A DNA stretch of 63,610 nt, filler included, from Octopus bimaculoides (taxonomy: Eukaryota): the NCBI RefSeq assembly GCF_001194135.2. It is 6 parts of 6 records of this genome, joined end to end, with 100 filler letters (N's around TTAATTAATTAA, not from the genome) between each part and the next. Parts side by side here need not be neighbours in the genome. Positions count along the whole stretch, not along the records: positions 20,984 to 40,638 come from NC_069004.1; 5 more parts are not named here. One strand, 5' to 3'. The notes under the pieces were generated by a model. The model worked only from the letters and a program-made list of their open reading frames with translations, was not told where the DNA came from and searched no databases. Positions 23,244 through 35,259 of the stretch are shown here, piece by piece (the stretch's first letter is position 1; every line of letters begins with the position of its first letter). The translations under genes were made by a program, and so were the position numbers.

Positions 23244-24290
23244 GCGCGTGCGTAAGGCTCTAAAAGTTTATGGGTGCATATGTGCGTGAGCAATTTCCAA
23301 ATATGGAAATTGCATGAATGAAACAGAAATAGAGAAAGAGAGAGAGAGAGAGGGAGAGAGAAATAGAGAGAGAGAAAGAGAGAGAGGGAGGGGTGGGAAT
23401 GTGATGCGATGTGTTCGTATGTATGATGGTGTGATGGTATGTATGTGTGCATGCGTGAAAGCTCGCGTATGTGTGCTATGACCATAAATGGAAATCGCAT
23501 GAATGAAATCGAGAGAGTGAGAGAGAGGGAGAGAGAGGGGTATGTCAGGTGTTTGTGTGTGCGTGTGGTTGCATGCGTGCATGTGTGTGCATGGGTGCTT
23601 GTGCATGTGCGTACGCGCGCGCGCGTGCGTGTGCGTGTGTGTGTGTGAAAGAGTGAGAGTAAAAGTTGAGAAGAGAGAGAGAGAGTCAAATCGAGAGTAA
23701 TAAGGGTGGCGGTGAGAGGAAAAAGATGAACGAAAATAGGAACTGCATGAATGAAACGGAGATAGAGACGGATAGAGAGATAGATAGAGAGAGACAGAGA
23801 GCCAGGGAGAGAAAGAGAGAGAGGGGGAGAGAAGGGGAGGGTGTGTGCTGTGTGTGTGTGTGTGTGTGGAAGTGGGAGGTGGGGAAAGAGAAAGGAAAAA
23901 GAAACCAGAGTTACATGAATGAAGAATTAAATGAATGAAATTCAGAGACACACACACAGGTGTGTATATGCGCGCGCGCGTGTGTGTATGTGTGTGTGTG
24001 TGTAAGTGCGCACCTGTAGAGGTGTGTATGGGTGTATATGTATGCGTTTTTTGTAGGTATATGTCTACGGGTATGTATTTATGTATGTGTATATATATAT
24101 CCTGACTGTATGTATGTGTGTGTGTGTGTGCATGGGAGTATACATACACACGTATACATATACAGCCGTATATAAATACATATACATATATACCCGTACA
24201 CACCTTTACACGCGCGCACTTATACCCCCACACACACGCACACACGCATATACACAGCTGCGTGTGTCTCTGCATTTCATTCATTTAATC
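21300..24290. repeat. Degenerate satellite-like array anchored by (GC)ATGAATGAAA, interleaved with (GA)n/(GT)n
   Basis: Motif at about 21324, 22660, 23312, 23497, 23745, 23914 and 23931, and inverted at about 24275-24289. Confidence 0.6.
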
Positions 24291-24399
24291 GTATGTGTGT
24301 ATGTACGTGCACGCATGTATGTATGTATGTATGTATGTATATATGCATGTATGTATGTATGTATGTATGTGTATATGTGTGTGTATGTGTGCAGACAGA

Positions 24400-24501
24400 G
24401 TTTGCATCCACACTTTAAACCAAGGTGTACTTAGACATACTTGGAGACATTAGGGGGTGCGATTTTACTGAAGTGGGTCACTCAGTAGATGACAAGGAGC
24501 A
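24400..24501 (+). repeat. 102-bp unit, inverted partner of 26908-27009
   Basis: gtttgcatccacactttaaaccaagg...gatgacaaggagca; 3 mismatches in 102 bp against the reverse complement of 26908-27009. Confidence 0.95.
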
Positions 24502-25349
24502 AAGAAGGAGGGGGGATGAAGTAGCGGAAAGTGAGGGGGGGGGGTGTTGAAGCATGGGTGAGGAGTAAGATGGATGTGGTGGTTAATGAAATGTTATAGC
24601 AAACAGTAATAGCGTAAGGGGTGGAAGCGGTGATACGGGTGGCCATGTGTTTGTGCATGCGTTCACCTGTGACTGAACTCGTTTGTGTATACCTCTATAA
24701 GTCTCTGTNNNNNNNNNNNNNNNNNNNNNNNNNNNNNNNNNNNNNNNNNNNNNNNNNNNNNNNNNNNNNNNNNNNNNNNNNNNNNNNNNNNNNNNNNNNN
24801 NNNNNNNNNNNNNNNNNNNNNNNNNNNNNNNNNNNNNNNNNNNNNNNNNNNNNNNNNNNNNNNNNNNNNNNNNNNNNNNNNNNNNNNNNNNNNNNNNNNN
24901 NNNNNNNNNNNNNNNNNNNNNNNNNNNNNNNNNNNNNNNNNNNNNNNNNNNNNNNNNNNNNNNNNNNNNNNNNNNNNNNNNNNNNNNNNNNNNNNNNNNN
25001 NNNNNNNNNNNNNNNNNNNNNNNNNNNNNNNNNNNNNNNNNNNNNNNNNNNNNNNNNNNNNNNNNNNNNNNNNNNNNNNNNNNNNNNNNNNNNNNNNNNN
25101 NNNNNNNNNNNNNNNNNNNNNNNNNNNNNNNNNNNNNNNNNNNNNNNNNNNNNNNNNNNNNNNNNNNNNNNNNNNNNNNNNNNNNNNNNNNNNNNNNNNN
25201 NNNNNNNNNNNNNNNNNNNNNNNNNNNNNNNNNNNNNNNNNNNNNNNNNNNNNNNNNNNNNNNNNNNNNNNNNNNNNNNNNNNNNNNNNNNNNNNNNNNN
25301 NNNNNNNNNNNNNNNNNNNNNNNNNNNNNNNNNNNNNNNNNNNNNCATG

Positions 25350-25530
25350 TCCTCCCCACCAACCACGGACCGATGTTTTCCTCATTCCCATTCAGGTGCC
25401 AAAGAATTTAACAAAATCTTCATCTCAACTCTTGCATGATCTTCCCCTCCCTTTTTTCTGCTGGACATGGTGTCCGCTCAGTCGATTTGCTCTTCCGTCC
25501 ATCCTCCTTTCTTCTAAACACGTCCCACCA
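25350..25530 (-). mobile_element. RTE C-terminal remnant
   Basis: VFRRKEDGRKSKSTERTP.. and, after a frameshift, KGRGRSCKS*DEDFVKFFGT*M; resembles GHVxR..D.RW...W.P..KR.RGRP..RW.D. Confidence 0.45.
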
Positions 25531-25552
25531 AAGATCATTTCAGCGGTAGTGA

Positions 25553-25597
<45 letters not shown>

Positions 25598-25879
25598 TAG
25601 TGGTGGTGGTGTTAATGGGGGGTAACGGCAGCAGTTGTAGTAGTTGTAGTAGTTGCAGCAGCAGCAGTAGTAGTAGTATCGACATGAAAAGCCTGGGATG
25701 ACCGGTAAAGATGAGGAGAGCGCCCCGTCCGCTCACCTCACTTCGCTCATTCCATTCGAACCACCGAAACTTTTGTTTAAAAACCACAAAACCAAAACAA
25801 TGAAGAAAGCCAAACCAGTCCAGTCCAACGTTGATATCGATCTATCGATCTATCGTCTTAAACAATGGTGTCTCTACAT

Positions 25880-26110
25880 GGCTACTGGACATGCTAGAAA
25901 TAACAGCCAATTCTTTTTCAAAGCAAACTAATATTTCATTGGGTGTTGAAATCCACGTTATAACTTCGCCTGGAGAGTCTGAGAAAACAAATGGAATGGT
26001 CACCGCTGGAATGGTCTTTGAGGTCTGATTGCTATGTCAGGGACTGGCCTGGGGCTAAACAACAAAAACAACAGCAGTAACAACAATAAGAAGGGCCATA
26101 ACAGCAACAA
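25880..26110 (+). mobile_element. SINE-like family E with (AAC)n tail
   Basis: ctagaaataacagccaattc..aatggtcaccgctggaatg..ggggctaaacaacaaaaacaacagc; related copies near 27880-28130 (+), 28195-28345 (-), 41930-42120 (+), 47954-48240 (-) and 55385-55600 (+). Confidence 0.55.
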
Positions 26111-26229
26111 CAACAATCAAGATATGCACCTTTTTCAATAGAATTCTAGGCCGGTGCCAGTTCGTGCCAATTCAAGCGAGGGCGGGGCTTTTCTTTGGAT
26201 GAGGGCTGAAATGTGTGTGCGTGTGTTTT

Positions 26230-26907
26230 GCAGCGGTGCCTCAAATGTGTGGACAGAAAGCCGCTGTGGGTCTCCTGTTTCGAGGGGCTGTGTTCGCCAA
26301 AGTTAGTAAGACGTAGTATTTGTAGCGACTGCAAGGGCTCTGGGTACCTAATGCTCATGTCTCAAAGTATCAGAGTAATTGTTATTCATTCGTTTTTATA
26401 ATCTCCTTTCCTCAAATTTGCAAACTGTGCTCATGCGCACATTAAATCGCCCTCAGGTTGTTCTAGCTGATCGCATGCAAAGTTTTACTTTGCTCTACAT
26501 CTCATGCTACAAATATGATCCAATTTTTACGTTTCCTTTCCTTTCTTCAAATCTGTCAAACTCCTGTGAGAAAGTGTCAATGTTTGCAGATACTGGAAAC
26601 GTGATTTGAATCCAAAGTGCACAGAAGCGGATCAAGTATCGGCAAATATCCTGTCCGATGCTCTCCATGAGTTCTTTGCGTTGTCCGTTAACCAATGGAG
26701 CAAAAAGCGCTTTTGTTCAGGTCGGATCAGCTCTGATCAGATATTTTAGTCGTGACGTCAAGTGGCCGCAAAGAGTCCGAAATGACTCAATTGAAAACAG
26801 CAACGAACACCAAGAGGATCAGTGATGAAATAAGATGCAAGCACTGGAACAGGATCGGTCACTTCCTCAGACAAGATCGAGAAAGTGATTGCATCGGGGC
26901 ACTAAAG
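26230..26907 (+). mobile_element. Degenerate RTE ORF2 (RT) remnant
   Basis: KCVDRKPLW..SPKLVRR (like DSVDR..LW..G.P.KLVR) and VKWPQRVRN / ATNTKRISDEIRCKHWNRIGHFLRQDRESDCIGAL (like RRWxWIGHxLR). Confidence 0.55.
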
Positions 26908-27009
26908 TGCTCCTTGTCATCTACTGAGTGACTCCCTTCAGTAAAATCGCAACCCCTAATGTCTCCAAGTATGTCTAAGTACACCTTGGTTTAAAGTGTG
27001 GATGCAAAC
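26908..27009 (-). repeat. 102-bp unit, inverted partner of 24400-24501
   Basis: Direct base-by-base comparison; 97% identity. Confidence 0.95.
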
Positions 27010-27029
27010 CCATCGTCACAGAACATAAA

Positions 27030-27355
27030 ATAGAAGCAAACAAGACATGAACTAGGAGTGAATTCCAGAAGATCGAAGTTTGGCGGAAGAAGGATTGGAC
27101 ATAGTGGTTAATATACGACCTGGAAGATGGACGCAATGTAAAAAAAGGGAGAAAAGGAGAGATGAAAGGATGGAGAGTGCCTGAGTGAAGGTGATAAGTG
27201 AGGAGCGATCTCTGAAGAGCAGAGGCCACAAAAGTAGAGGTAGAAAAGGAGAAAAGGAGAGGACACAGCATGTGAGTGAACCGGAATTTGGAGGACGTTG
27301 AAGAGCAATTTCATAACAATCGGTCGACGGATGGGGATTTTCTTTGGGTAAGAGC
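27030..27355 (-). mobile_element. CR1/L2/Jockey-group LINE ORF2 3' end
   Basis: HSHAVSSPFLLFYLYFCGLCSSEI and YINHYVQSFFRQTSIFWNSL resemble the HRRxVxSLxLFY..C.SEL ... SFFPRTxxLWNSLP terminal motifs. Confidence 0.65.
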
Positions 27356-27420
27356 TAGGCTGTGTGTGCGCGCGCGCGTGTGTGTAAAAACGGAAATAGT
27401 AGACCAATAATCATCCACGT

Positions 27421-27747
27421 GAAGGCACGTGGCTCAGTGGTTGGGGCGTTCGGTTCATGATCGTGAGGTCGTGAGTTCAATTCCCGGCGATGCGTTGTCT
27501 CCTTGAGCGAGACACTTCATTCTCATGTTGCTCCAGTTCACTCAGCTGGCAAAAATGAGTCGCACCTGTATTTCAAAGGGACCAACCTTGTCATACTCTG
27601 GGTCATGCTGCATCTCTCCAAGAACTACGTTAAGGTTACACGTGTCTGTGGAGTGCTCAGCCACTTGCACGTTAATTTCACAAGCAAGCTGTTTCATTGA
27701 TTGGATCAACTGGAACACTCGTCGTCGTAACCGACGGAGTGCCACGT
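27421..27747 (+). mobile_element. SINE family C, full length
   Basis: A-box-like TGGCTCAGTGG, B-box-like GAGTTCAATTCC, central ccttgagcgagacact domain, and a distinct 3' tail ending accgacggagtgcc. Confidence 0.85.
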
Positions 27748-27879
27748 TATTTCAGTGTGTGTGTATATCTGTGCTGCAATAGCACCGTTTCAATTATTGT
27801 AGTCCACCAGTTCTCGTTGCAGTGTGGTGGCTTGAATGCGTCAACAATTTTATCGGCAATAAAAACCAGCGAGAGAACC

Positions 27880-28345
27880 TCCACGTGGCTGCTCGAATTT
27901 CAAGAAATAGTAGCCAAATCTCCCTCAAATTACGCCTTATCCTCCCCCCTCTCAACGTAAACAAACTCAAAATGATACATAACATAATATAACCTCAGAT
28001 GCACAATGCCTCAAATTGAGTCGAGATGGTCATAGCTGGAGAGGTGCTTTCTATCATATCAGTCTTAATTGCAAAACATCAATAATGATGCTATCTAACT
28101 ATAGCTTTATCAGGACACACCTATGATTAAAGACAACCTGGCCATGACTAACATTGTCGAATGTGACATTCTTTATTTTAAACAGTAAGGTATGATTCGA
28201 GGCAGATTTTGCTGCTATTTCTAGCGCCGGGTGTACAAACTTCATCATTGGACCCGTGTGTCAGTTGTTGTTTCACCACCCACCAGGTAAGCCCTGATCG
28301 AGCTGGCCTATGATTATAGGCATTCCAGCCATGACCATCCCACCG
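27880..28345. mobile_element. Family E copies in opposite orientations
   Basis: caagaaatagtagccaaatctccctcaaat (about 27901-27930) and its near reverse complement attcgaggcagattttgctgctatttctag (about 28196-28225). Confidence 0.6.
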
Positions 28346-28689
28346 GTTTCTCCTGTGTGCAAGGTGATGATGACGGTTATAGGGGACGAGGTGGTTGCAT
28401 TATTGTTGTTGCTGTTGTTGGTGGTGGTGATGGTGGTGACGGGGATGGCGTTGTTGTTGTTGTTGGTGGTAGTTACGGTGTTGTCGAAAATTGCAGTGTT
28501 GGTGGAGGTGGTTGTTGTAATGTTGTTGTTGTAGTGTGTTGTAGTTGCAATGTTGTTGTAATAAGTTCTTGTCGATGTTGTTGTTGTTATTGTGGTAGTG
28601 CAGTCTTTCAACTAAAAAATGGTGCTATGCTGCGTGTTCCTGTACGTGTATGGAGCGAAGTTGTATGTTAAGCAGAGCTGAAAAGCTGC

Positions 28690-28970
28690 ACTTTGATTGG
28701 TCGTTTCTTAATTCCGCCCATGTTTTCTTAATGAATATCTGTTTCCCCAGCTCGTAATATTCCTATCTGAAATGATGCGCCATGGCCAGGATTTTCGCAG
28801 CAGCAGCAGCAGCAGTATTACAATCGTCATGATAAACAGCATTACAAGCTACGGGGTTAGAGAGTAATGCAACTGATAACGAGGCTACTTGCTAAACTCC
28901 GCTGTTCGTTTGCTATGCAAATGGCGGAAGTGAATTTGACTTTCAGATCGTGGTGTTGCACGTGACAGTC
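28690..28970 (+). promoter_or_regulatory. Promoter-like motif cluster (putative)
   Basis: ATTGG 28696-28700, CCGCCC 28714-28719, overlapping ATGCAAAT 28915-28922 / AAATGGCGG 28919-28927 / CGGAAGTG 28925-28932, and CACGTG 28959-28964, all in non-repetitive CpG-containing DNA. Confidence 0.35.
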
Positions 28971-29806
28971 TTTGCAATTCACATGACAAGCATGTGCTTT
29001 TGCCAGATCAATTGTATCTAGATGAATGTATGTTTTGAGTTCGTTGTAAAGGAAACTTCGCATCTCTCCCTCTCTTTTCCTCTTTCACACTCTTACTTTC
29101 CTTCGACTGTCCCTCTCATTCTCTCATTATACATAGATACATACATATATAATGCATACATAAATAAATATATATATATATATACATATATATGCATACA
29201 CGTTGTATATATTGATAAACAGAATGTAAATTGTAAGCTGGTTTAGTTTGTGTACGTGCGTTCGTTTCCAGTCGTGAGCGTGTGTGTGTGTGTGCATACA
29301 TGCATACGTGCATTATAGTTACTAAGTGTGAAAGAGAGGAGAATATGTGAAACTATACGATGCAGTGTTTGTGTGTGACAAACACTTTCTTAATATATGA
29401 ATGGAGTTTTATGTATACATTTTGTAGTATGTTGAGGCGATTTTTATCAATGCAATGTGATGGTATGAGGAGGTTTTGCTCGCTCCAGCACAAATCTAGA
29501 TTCGTTCACTCAAATATCCATATATGGTATGACTTTGTCTTCACTGAACGCTTTTGCAATTAACGTGCAAGCCTTTAATTTCTGCACGCTTAGTTTTGTT
29601 TGACCAGTTGATAAAAAATCATGAATGCATTCATTCTGAACAATTCTGAATAGTAATAAAAGTCGCGTAATGTTAATTAAGGTAAAAAAAAACCCAAAAA
29701 CTTTAATGAAACAGAAAATATTACAAAATAGTGCAATATTAATAATAATAAATTGCAAATAAATATAAAAAAAGCTCGATGCTTTTTAATTTTCTACTAC
29801 TACTAC

Positions 29807-29864
<58 letters not shown>

Positions 29865-30080
29865 TATACTGTAGGCACAGAGCCTGAAATTTTGGGTNNN
29901 NNNNNNNNNNNNNNNNNNNNNNNNNNNNNNNNNNNNNNNNNNNNNNNNNNNNNNNNNNNNNNNNNNNNNNNNNNNNNNNNNNNNNNNNNNNNNNNNNNNN
30001 NNNNNNNNNNNNNTAATAATAATAAATTGCAAATAAATATAAAAAAAGCTCGATGCTTTTTAATTTTCTACTACTACTAC

Positions 30081-30133
<53 letters not shown>

Positions 30134-30134
30134 G

Positions 30135-30355
30135 ACAGTGAGCTGGCGGAATGGATAGCGCGTTGGAATAAATGCCTTGTAGTATTTGTTACACTGCTCT
30201 TTATGTTCCGAATTCAAAGCTGCGAGATGGCAGAATTCTTTGTGTGTCGGACAAAATGCTCAGTGGCATTTCGTCCGGCTTTTGACGTGCTAAACTCAAA
30301 TCCCACCAAGGTGCATTTTGCCTTCTGGGGTCGGTAAAATAAAGTACCAGTCAAC
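30135..30355 (+). mobile_element. Degenerate SINE A with duplicated head
   Basis: gtgagctggcggaatggatagcg..ttccgaattcaaa, then gagatggcagaa..gcatttcgtcc..aataaagtaccagt. Confidence 0.6.
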
Positions 30356-30749
30356 AAGTGCACAATTCAAAATTCAGGCAAAGACACTCGCCAGGAAGTT
30401 GGCGTTTATCGTCAGTAATGGAATCTAAGGCGCTCCAACTTTTGTTCTGCTCGGTAGATCTCCTCCTTCTGCAATACGTTATTGCCGGTTTTGCCGTAAG
30501 TATTGCCGGTTTCAATCTTTTCAGATGCTACATCGCTACAACATACACCGGCACCACAATGGTGAAATTAAACATCCGCCTATCCGAACCGTTTCGCATT
30601 GTGCCTTTGGCCGTTCAAGGACGCCGTTTTTGTTTAGTAATATTTTGGCGATAGAGCCATTGCTGCAGAGCTTAGAGGTGTTAAGAGGAATCTTGCTCGA
30701 AATGGTGACACAAGAGAGCCATTTTAGCATACGAGGACGAGGTCACCAT

Positions 30750-31560
30750 CATACGAGGACGAGGACACATCGAAAGTTGAGGTATTCAACTTGATTCTCG
30801 CAGAACACTAAGAAGTAACGAGAAAATGGTTGGTCGTCTTGCTATGGGAAAGAAAGTCTTCGCAGGCAGGGAGTTTCCGTTGTTGGACTGAGGGTCTAGT
30901 TAATATATTTGGGAATTTGACTTCTAACTGAATAGAAATTAGAAGAGGTTGCAAGCAGGTTGGCTGATCTCGCTTATAAATGGGCTGAAGAAAAGCTGTT
31001 TCTGAAACTTCTACATCACTTTGGTGTTGTACTGTCGCCTGACCGTCGTGCATTATTCCAAGAAATGTCTGGCCAAATTGGAGTGCATACTCTTTTGCAC
31101 TTTCGCTTCTTATAGAAGGTCGATCAAGCTGTTGTCACTGTCCACTTCGGATGGTTTCGAAATGCCGTCGCTAACGATGCGGAACCACACACTATATCTG
31201 ACAAATTTGCTGTGATTCCCGAATAATGGCGATGTTTAGGTCGCCGATCAAGCTTCTGCAAGTCTTTCTACTGCTCGTCTTTTTGACCAAGTTGTTACTC
31301 TAGGCGGAGCGTAAACCAACGTTGGGTGCTGGGCATCTGGCATGCTGAATCGAACGCTACTGTTGGCTGCAATCACTAAAATCAATGCTCATTGATAGAT
31401 CTCGATGAGCTGAGAGCTGAATCTAATGTGGAAAACAAAACTCCTTCGACAAGGAAAAGCGGGTAATCTTCTTCTACTTGAATGACTTTGGTGAAGGAAG
31501 TTGCGTAGTGAACGCGGTTAGGAAGGTGAGTGCATGGATGGAGGTGTTGTTCAACTGTAA
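30750..31560 (-). mobile_element. Highly decayed LINE (probably RTE) AP-endonuclease region
   Basis: Frameshifted motifs in the expected order on the minus strand: EGVLFS, SINE..ILVIA, TLVYAPP, SLIGDLN, LIDLL*EA, PKYIN*TL, TNHF. Confidence 0.4.
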
Positions 31561-31730
31561 ATTTTATGAAATAAAGACAAAATCTGGGAAATTAAAGAGA
31601 CTACACTTGAATTTCCCATCACTCTACGGAGGGCGGTTGACAACAACGAGTGAGAAATGCTACTTATTTTTTGGTGTACCAGAGTAATCAAAGATTGTAT
31701 GTGACCAATATAAACTTGTTGTTGTTGTTG

Positions 31731-31786
<56 letters not shown>

Positions 31787-31860
31787 TGTTAGATACAATA
31801 TATGCTCCCGTATGCATTTCTTTCACACACACACACGCAAATACATGCGTATGTGTCTGC

Positions 31861-31898
<38 letters not shown>

Positions 31899-33358
31899 AG
31901 GGAGATAGAGAGATTTATGTATATATGAGTGTGTGTATGTGTGCGTTGTGATTGATGCGCATGCATGCGTATATGCAAACGCATCCCCATTTACAACCGT
32001 AGAGAAAAACCTCTGACAGCGAAGGGGTGTGGTGGGACGGATGGATGGGTAATAAATTGAAAAAAAAATGATGAAAGCAAATTAAAACAAAGAAACCGTG
32101 TCGACTGAGAAACTTCTGTGGAATATCTGCAAATTTCCTTTGCAACAATATTTTATTGAAATCTAAACCATTTGGCATGGAATTCCGCGAATTCACGAAA
32201 CACCGATTTCCTCGGCATGGTAAGGAATTACCTTTATTCACAGGTGTTTCCCTCAACCACAGTAGCAGCGGCAGCAGCAACAGCAACAATAGTAGTAGTA
32301 GTAGTAGTAGATGTTGCTGTTGTTGTTGTTGTTGTTGTCGTAGTGACGATAGTGGTGGTAGTGGTGATAGTTGTGTAGTTGTGGTGGTGGTGGTGGTGGT
32401 AGTGGTGGTGATAGTTGTTGAAGTGATTGTGGTGGTGGTAGATGTAGTGGTAGATGTAGTGGTAGATGTAGTGGTAGATGTAGTGGNNNNNNNNNNNNNN
32501 NNNNNNNNNNNNNNNNNNNNNNNNNNNNNNNNNNNNNNNNNNNNNNNNNNNNNNNNNNNNNNNNNNNNNNNNNNNNNNNNNNNNNNNNNNNNNNNNNNNN
32601 NNNNNNNNNNNNNNNNNNNNNNNNNNNNNNNNNNNNNNNNNNNNNNNNNNNNNNNNNNNNNNNNNNNNNNNNNNNNNNNNNNNNNNNNNNNNNNNNNNNN
32701 NNNNNNNNNNNNNNNNNNNNNNNNNNNNNNNNNNNNNNNNNNNNNNNNNNNNNNNNNNNNNNNNNNNNNNNNNNNNNNNNNNNNNNNNNNNNNNNNNNNN
32801 NNNNNNNNNNNNNNNNNNNNNNNNNNNNNNNNNNNNNNNNNNNNNNNNNNNNNNNNNNNNNNNNNNNNNNNNNNNNNNNNNNNNNNNNNNNNNNNNNNNN
32901 NNNNNNNNNNNNNNNNNNNNNNNNNNNNNNNNNNNNNNNNNNNNNNNNNNNNNNNNNNNNNNNNNNNNNNNNNNNNNNNNNNNNNNNNNNNNNNNNNNNN
33001 NNNNNNNNNNNNNNNNNNNNNNNNNNNNNNNNNNNNNNNNNNNNNNNNNNNNNNNNNNNNNNNNNNNNNNNNNNNNNNNNNNNNNNNNNNNNNNNNNNNN
33101 NNNNNNNNNNNNNNNNNNNNNNNNNNNNNNNNNNNNNNNNNNNNCCTATTCCCATTCTACTATGTAAAGCAGAGGCACTATATATATATATATATACATA
33201 TATATACACGCATGTGTCTATGTAGTACATATATAACGGGGTTGCGTATAATTGGGGCTAAATTTATGCGTGTTAATGCTTATATACATTCGTTTGTAAT
33301 AAACATAAACGTATCATATAGAACTAATTAATGAATAATGTACGCAGTGCGTGTATGT

Positions 33359-33401
<43 letters not shown>

Positions 33402-33687
33402 GCAATGTTTTGTATATTAAAATTAAGCACGCTTTATAGAAGTGGCGGTTTGACAGAATCGTCGAAGGAGTCGAGCAAAATTCCCTGTGACATCTTGTTC
33501 CGGATCTGTACGCTCTGAGTTCATGCCCCATCGAAGTCAAGCCTGCGGGCCACTGTTCCGCTTTTCAATGAAACAGACCTGTGATTATACCCAGAAAAAC
33601 ATGAAGGGTCTTCCTCAGCCGGGAGACTACACAACATATTCCTATTTACTCAAATTGTAAGCAAATTTACTCAGCTTATACACCCTG

Positions 33688-33905
33688 GGGCGCATGGCTC
33701 AGTGGTTAGGATGTTGCATTCACGACTCTAAGATTGTGGTCTCCATTCCTGGACTGCGCGATACGTTGTGTTCTTTGAGCAAACACCTTCACTCCACGTT
33801 ATTCAAGTCTACTCTGCTGGTAAAAAATAATCCTTCAATGGACCGGCATCCCGTCCAGAAAGTAATCTATGCACCAAGAAACAAACCCTATGCATCTAAG
33901 GACTA
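33688..33905 (+). mobile_element. SINE family C, degenerate
   Basis: ggcgcatggctcagtggttagg..gttgtgttctttgagcaaacacct..tggaccggcatcccgtccag. Confidence 0.7.
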
Positions 33906-34474
33906 ATCATATACGCTGAAAAGGGGACCAAAATTACACCGAAATTTCTACAGACTTTTATCAACTAGCGTGTGTATATAGCTACGCAGAATTCAAATCT
34001 CCCACACTTATGCGTAGAATAATTTCTGCGGGGTGCATCCCCAAAGAACATGTTTATTATACTCAGAATGGTTTCTGATAAACATTTACGAAAATACATC
34101 AGGAATGCATGGGAAATATATTAAAGGGTTCCAGAAACTAGGGATACGGTGACATCTATCAATAGGTGCAGGTACGTGTGTGTGCGAGTGTGTGTGAGTG
34201 TGTGTGTGAGTGTGTGTGTATGTATATATACGTACGAATGTGTATTCGTTGGTAACCTCATGTTTCATTGTGTATAATATGTGTGTGTATACATATATGC
34301 AACGTGTAACCTACTAATGTAACACATTAACGCATTCATGTACACACATATCTGTATAGAATATCTTTGTACACACACACACACACATATATGCACTTAC
34401 ACAAGCGCAAACATATACATAATACATGTATAAACACATAGGTACATGCACACATAAACACACACACACACACC

Positions 34475-34514
<40 letters not shown>

Positions 34515-35205
34515 ATATTATATATCGTATATTATATGCATGCGTGTATGTACATATGCAACCATATACAAATGATATTAACGGGTATATACACCATTAT
34601 ATACACACATTGTAAAATAAATATAATGAATGTATGTTGAATGAGATATTGGTATTATATGAATGAATGTATACAATACACATACACAAACACACATTTG
34701 CGTGTGTGTTTGTGTTTGTGTAGTGTGCATGCACACATATATAAACACACACACACATATATTATATATGTATATAAATATATATATATGTATATTGTGC
34801 AGCTTAACAGTTGCGCTCTGGCCGCACCCCACCCACCTGCGAATCTCCTTTCTCCCCCAAAGAATACACTACATACAGCTCTATAGTTGGACATTTTCCA
34901 TTCGCAATCAATCCCCTATACCTTACCATATATGGAAGTATATATGGGTTTTGTGGGAAGTAAATAAAACAAGAATACTGAGAAACGGTGTTTCTGAGAA
35001 TGAATTTTCGCTGGGAGGAGGAGGAGGAGGAGGAGGAGAAGGTGGAGGTGAGGTAGTAAAATGGGAGGAGTAAGTAGCGACTGAACCGATTGTACGAATG
35101 CATATTTGCATTGTTGCAGGTGAGTGCGGTCGATATAGTGGTGCAGCAGCAACAAGCAAAGCATCGGCGCCTGCACAGACAAGCCGTTCATCAAGAGACA
35201 GACTG

Positions 35206-35259
<54 letters not shown>

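Noticed and set aside
26379-26700. Possible Gypsy gag on the minus strand (FDRFEERKGNVK)
   Set aside because: The plus strand gives better, ordered RTE RT motifs on both sides
27421-27495. tRNA-like sequence with A/B boxes and a CAT-containing loop; similar heads at 33688, 40757, 42851 and 63391
   Set aside because: No acceptor-stem pairing, and each continues into SINE body sequence, so these are SINE heads rather than tRNA genes
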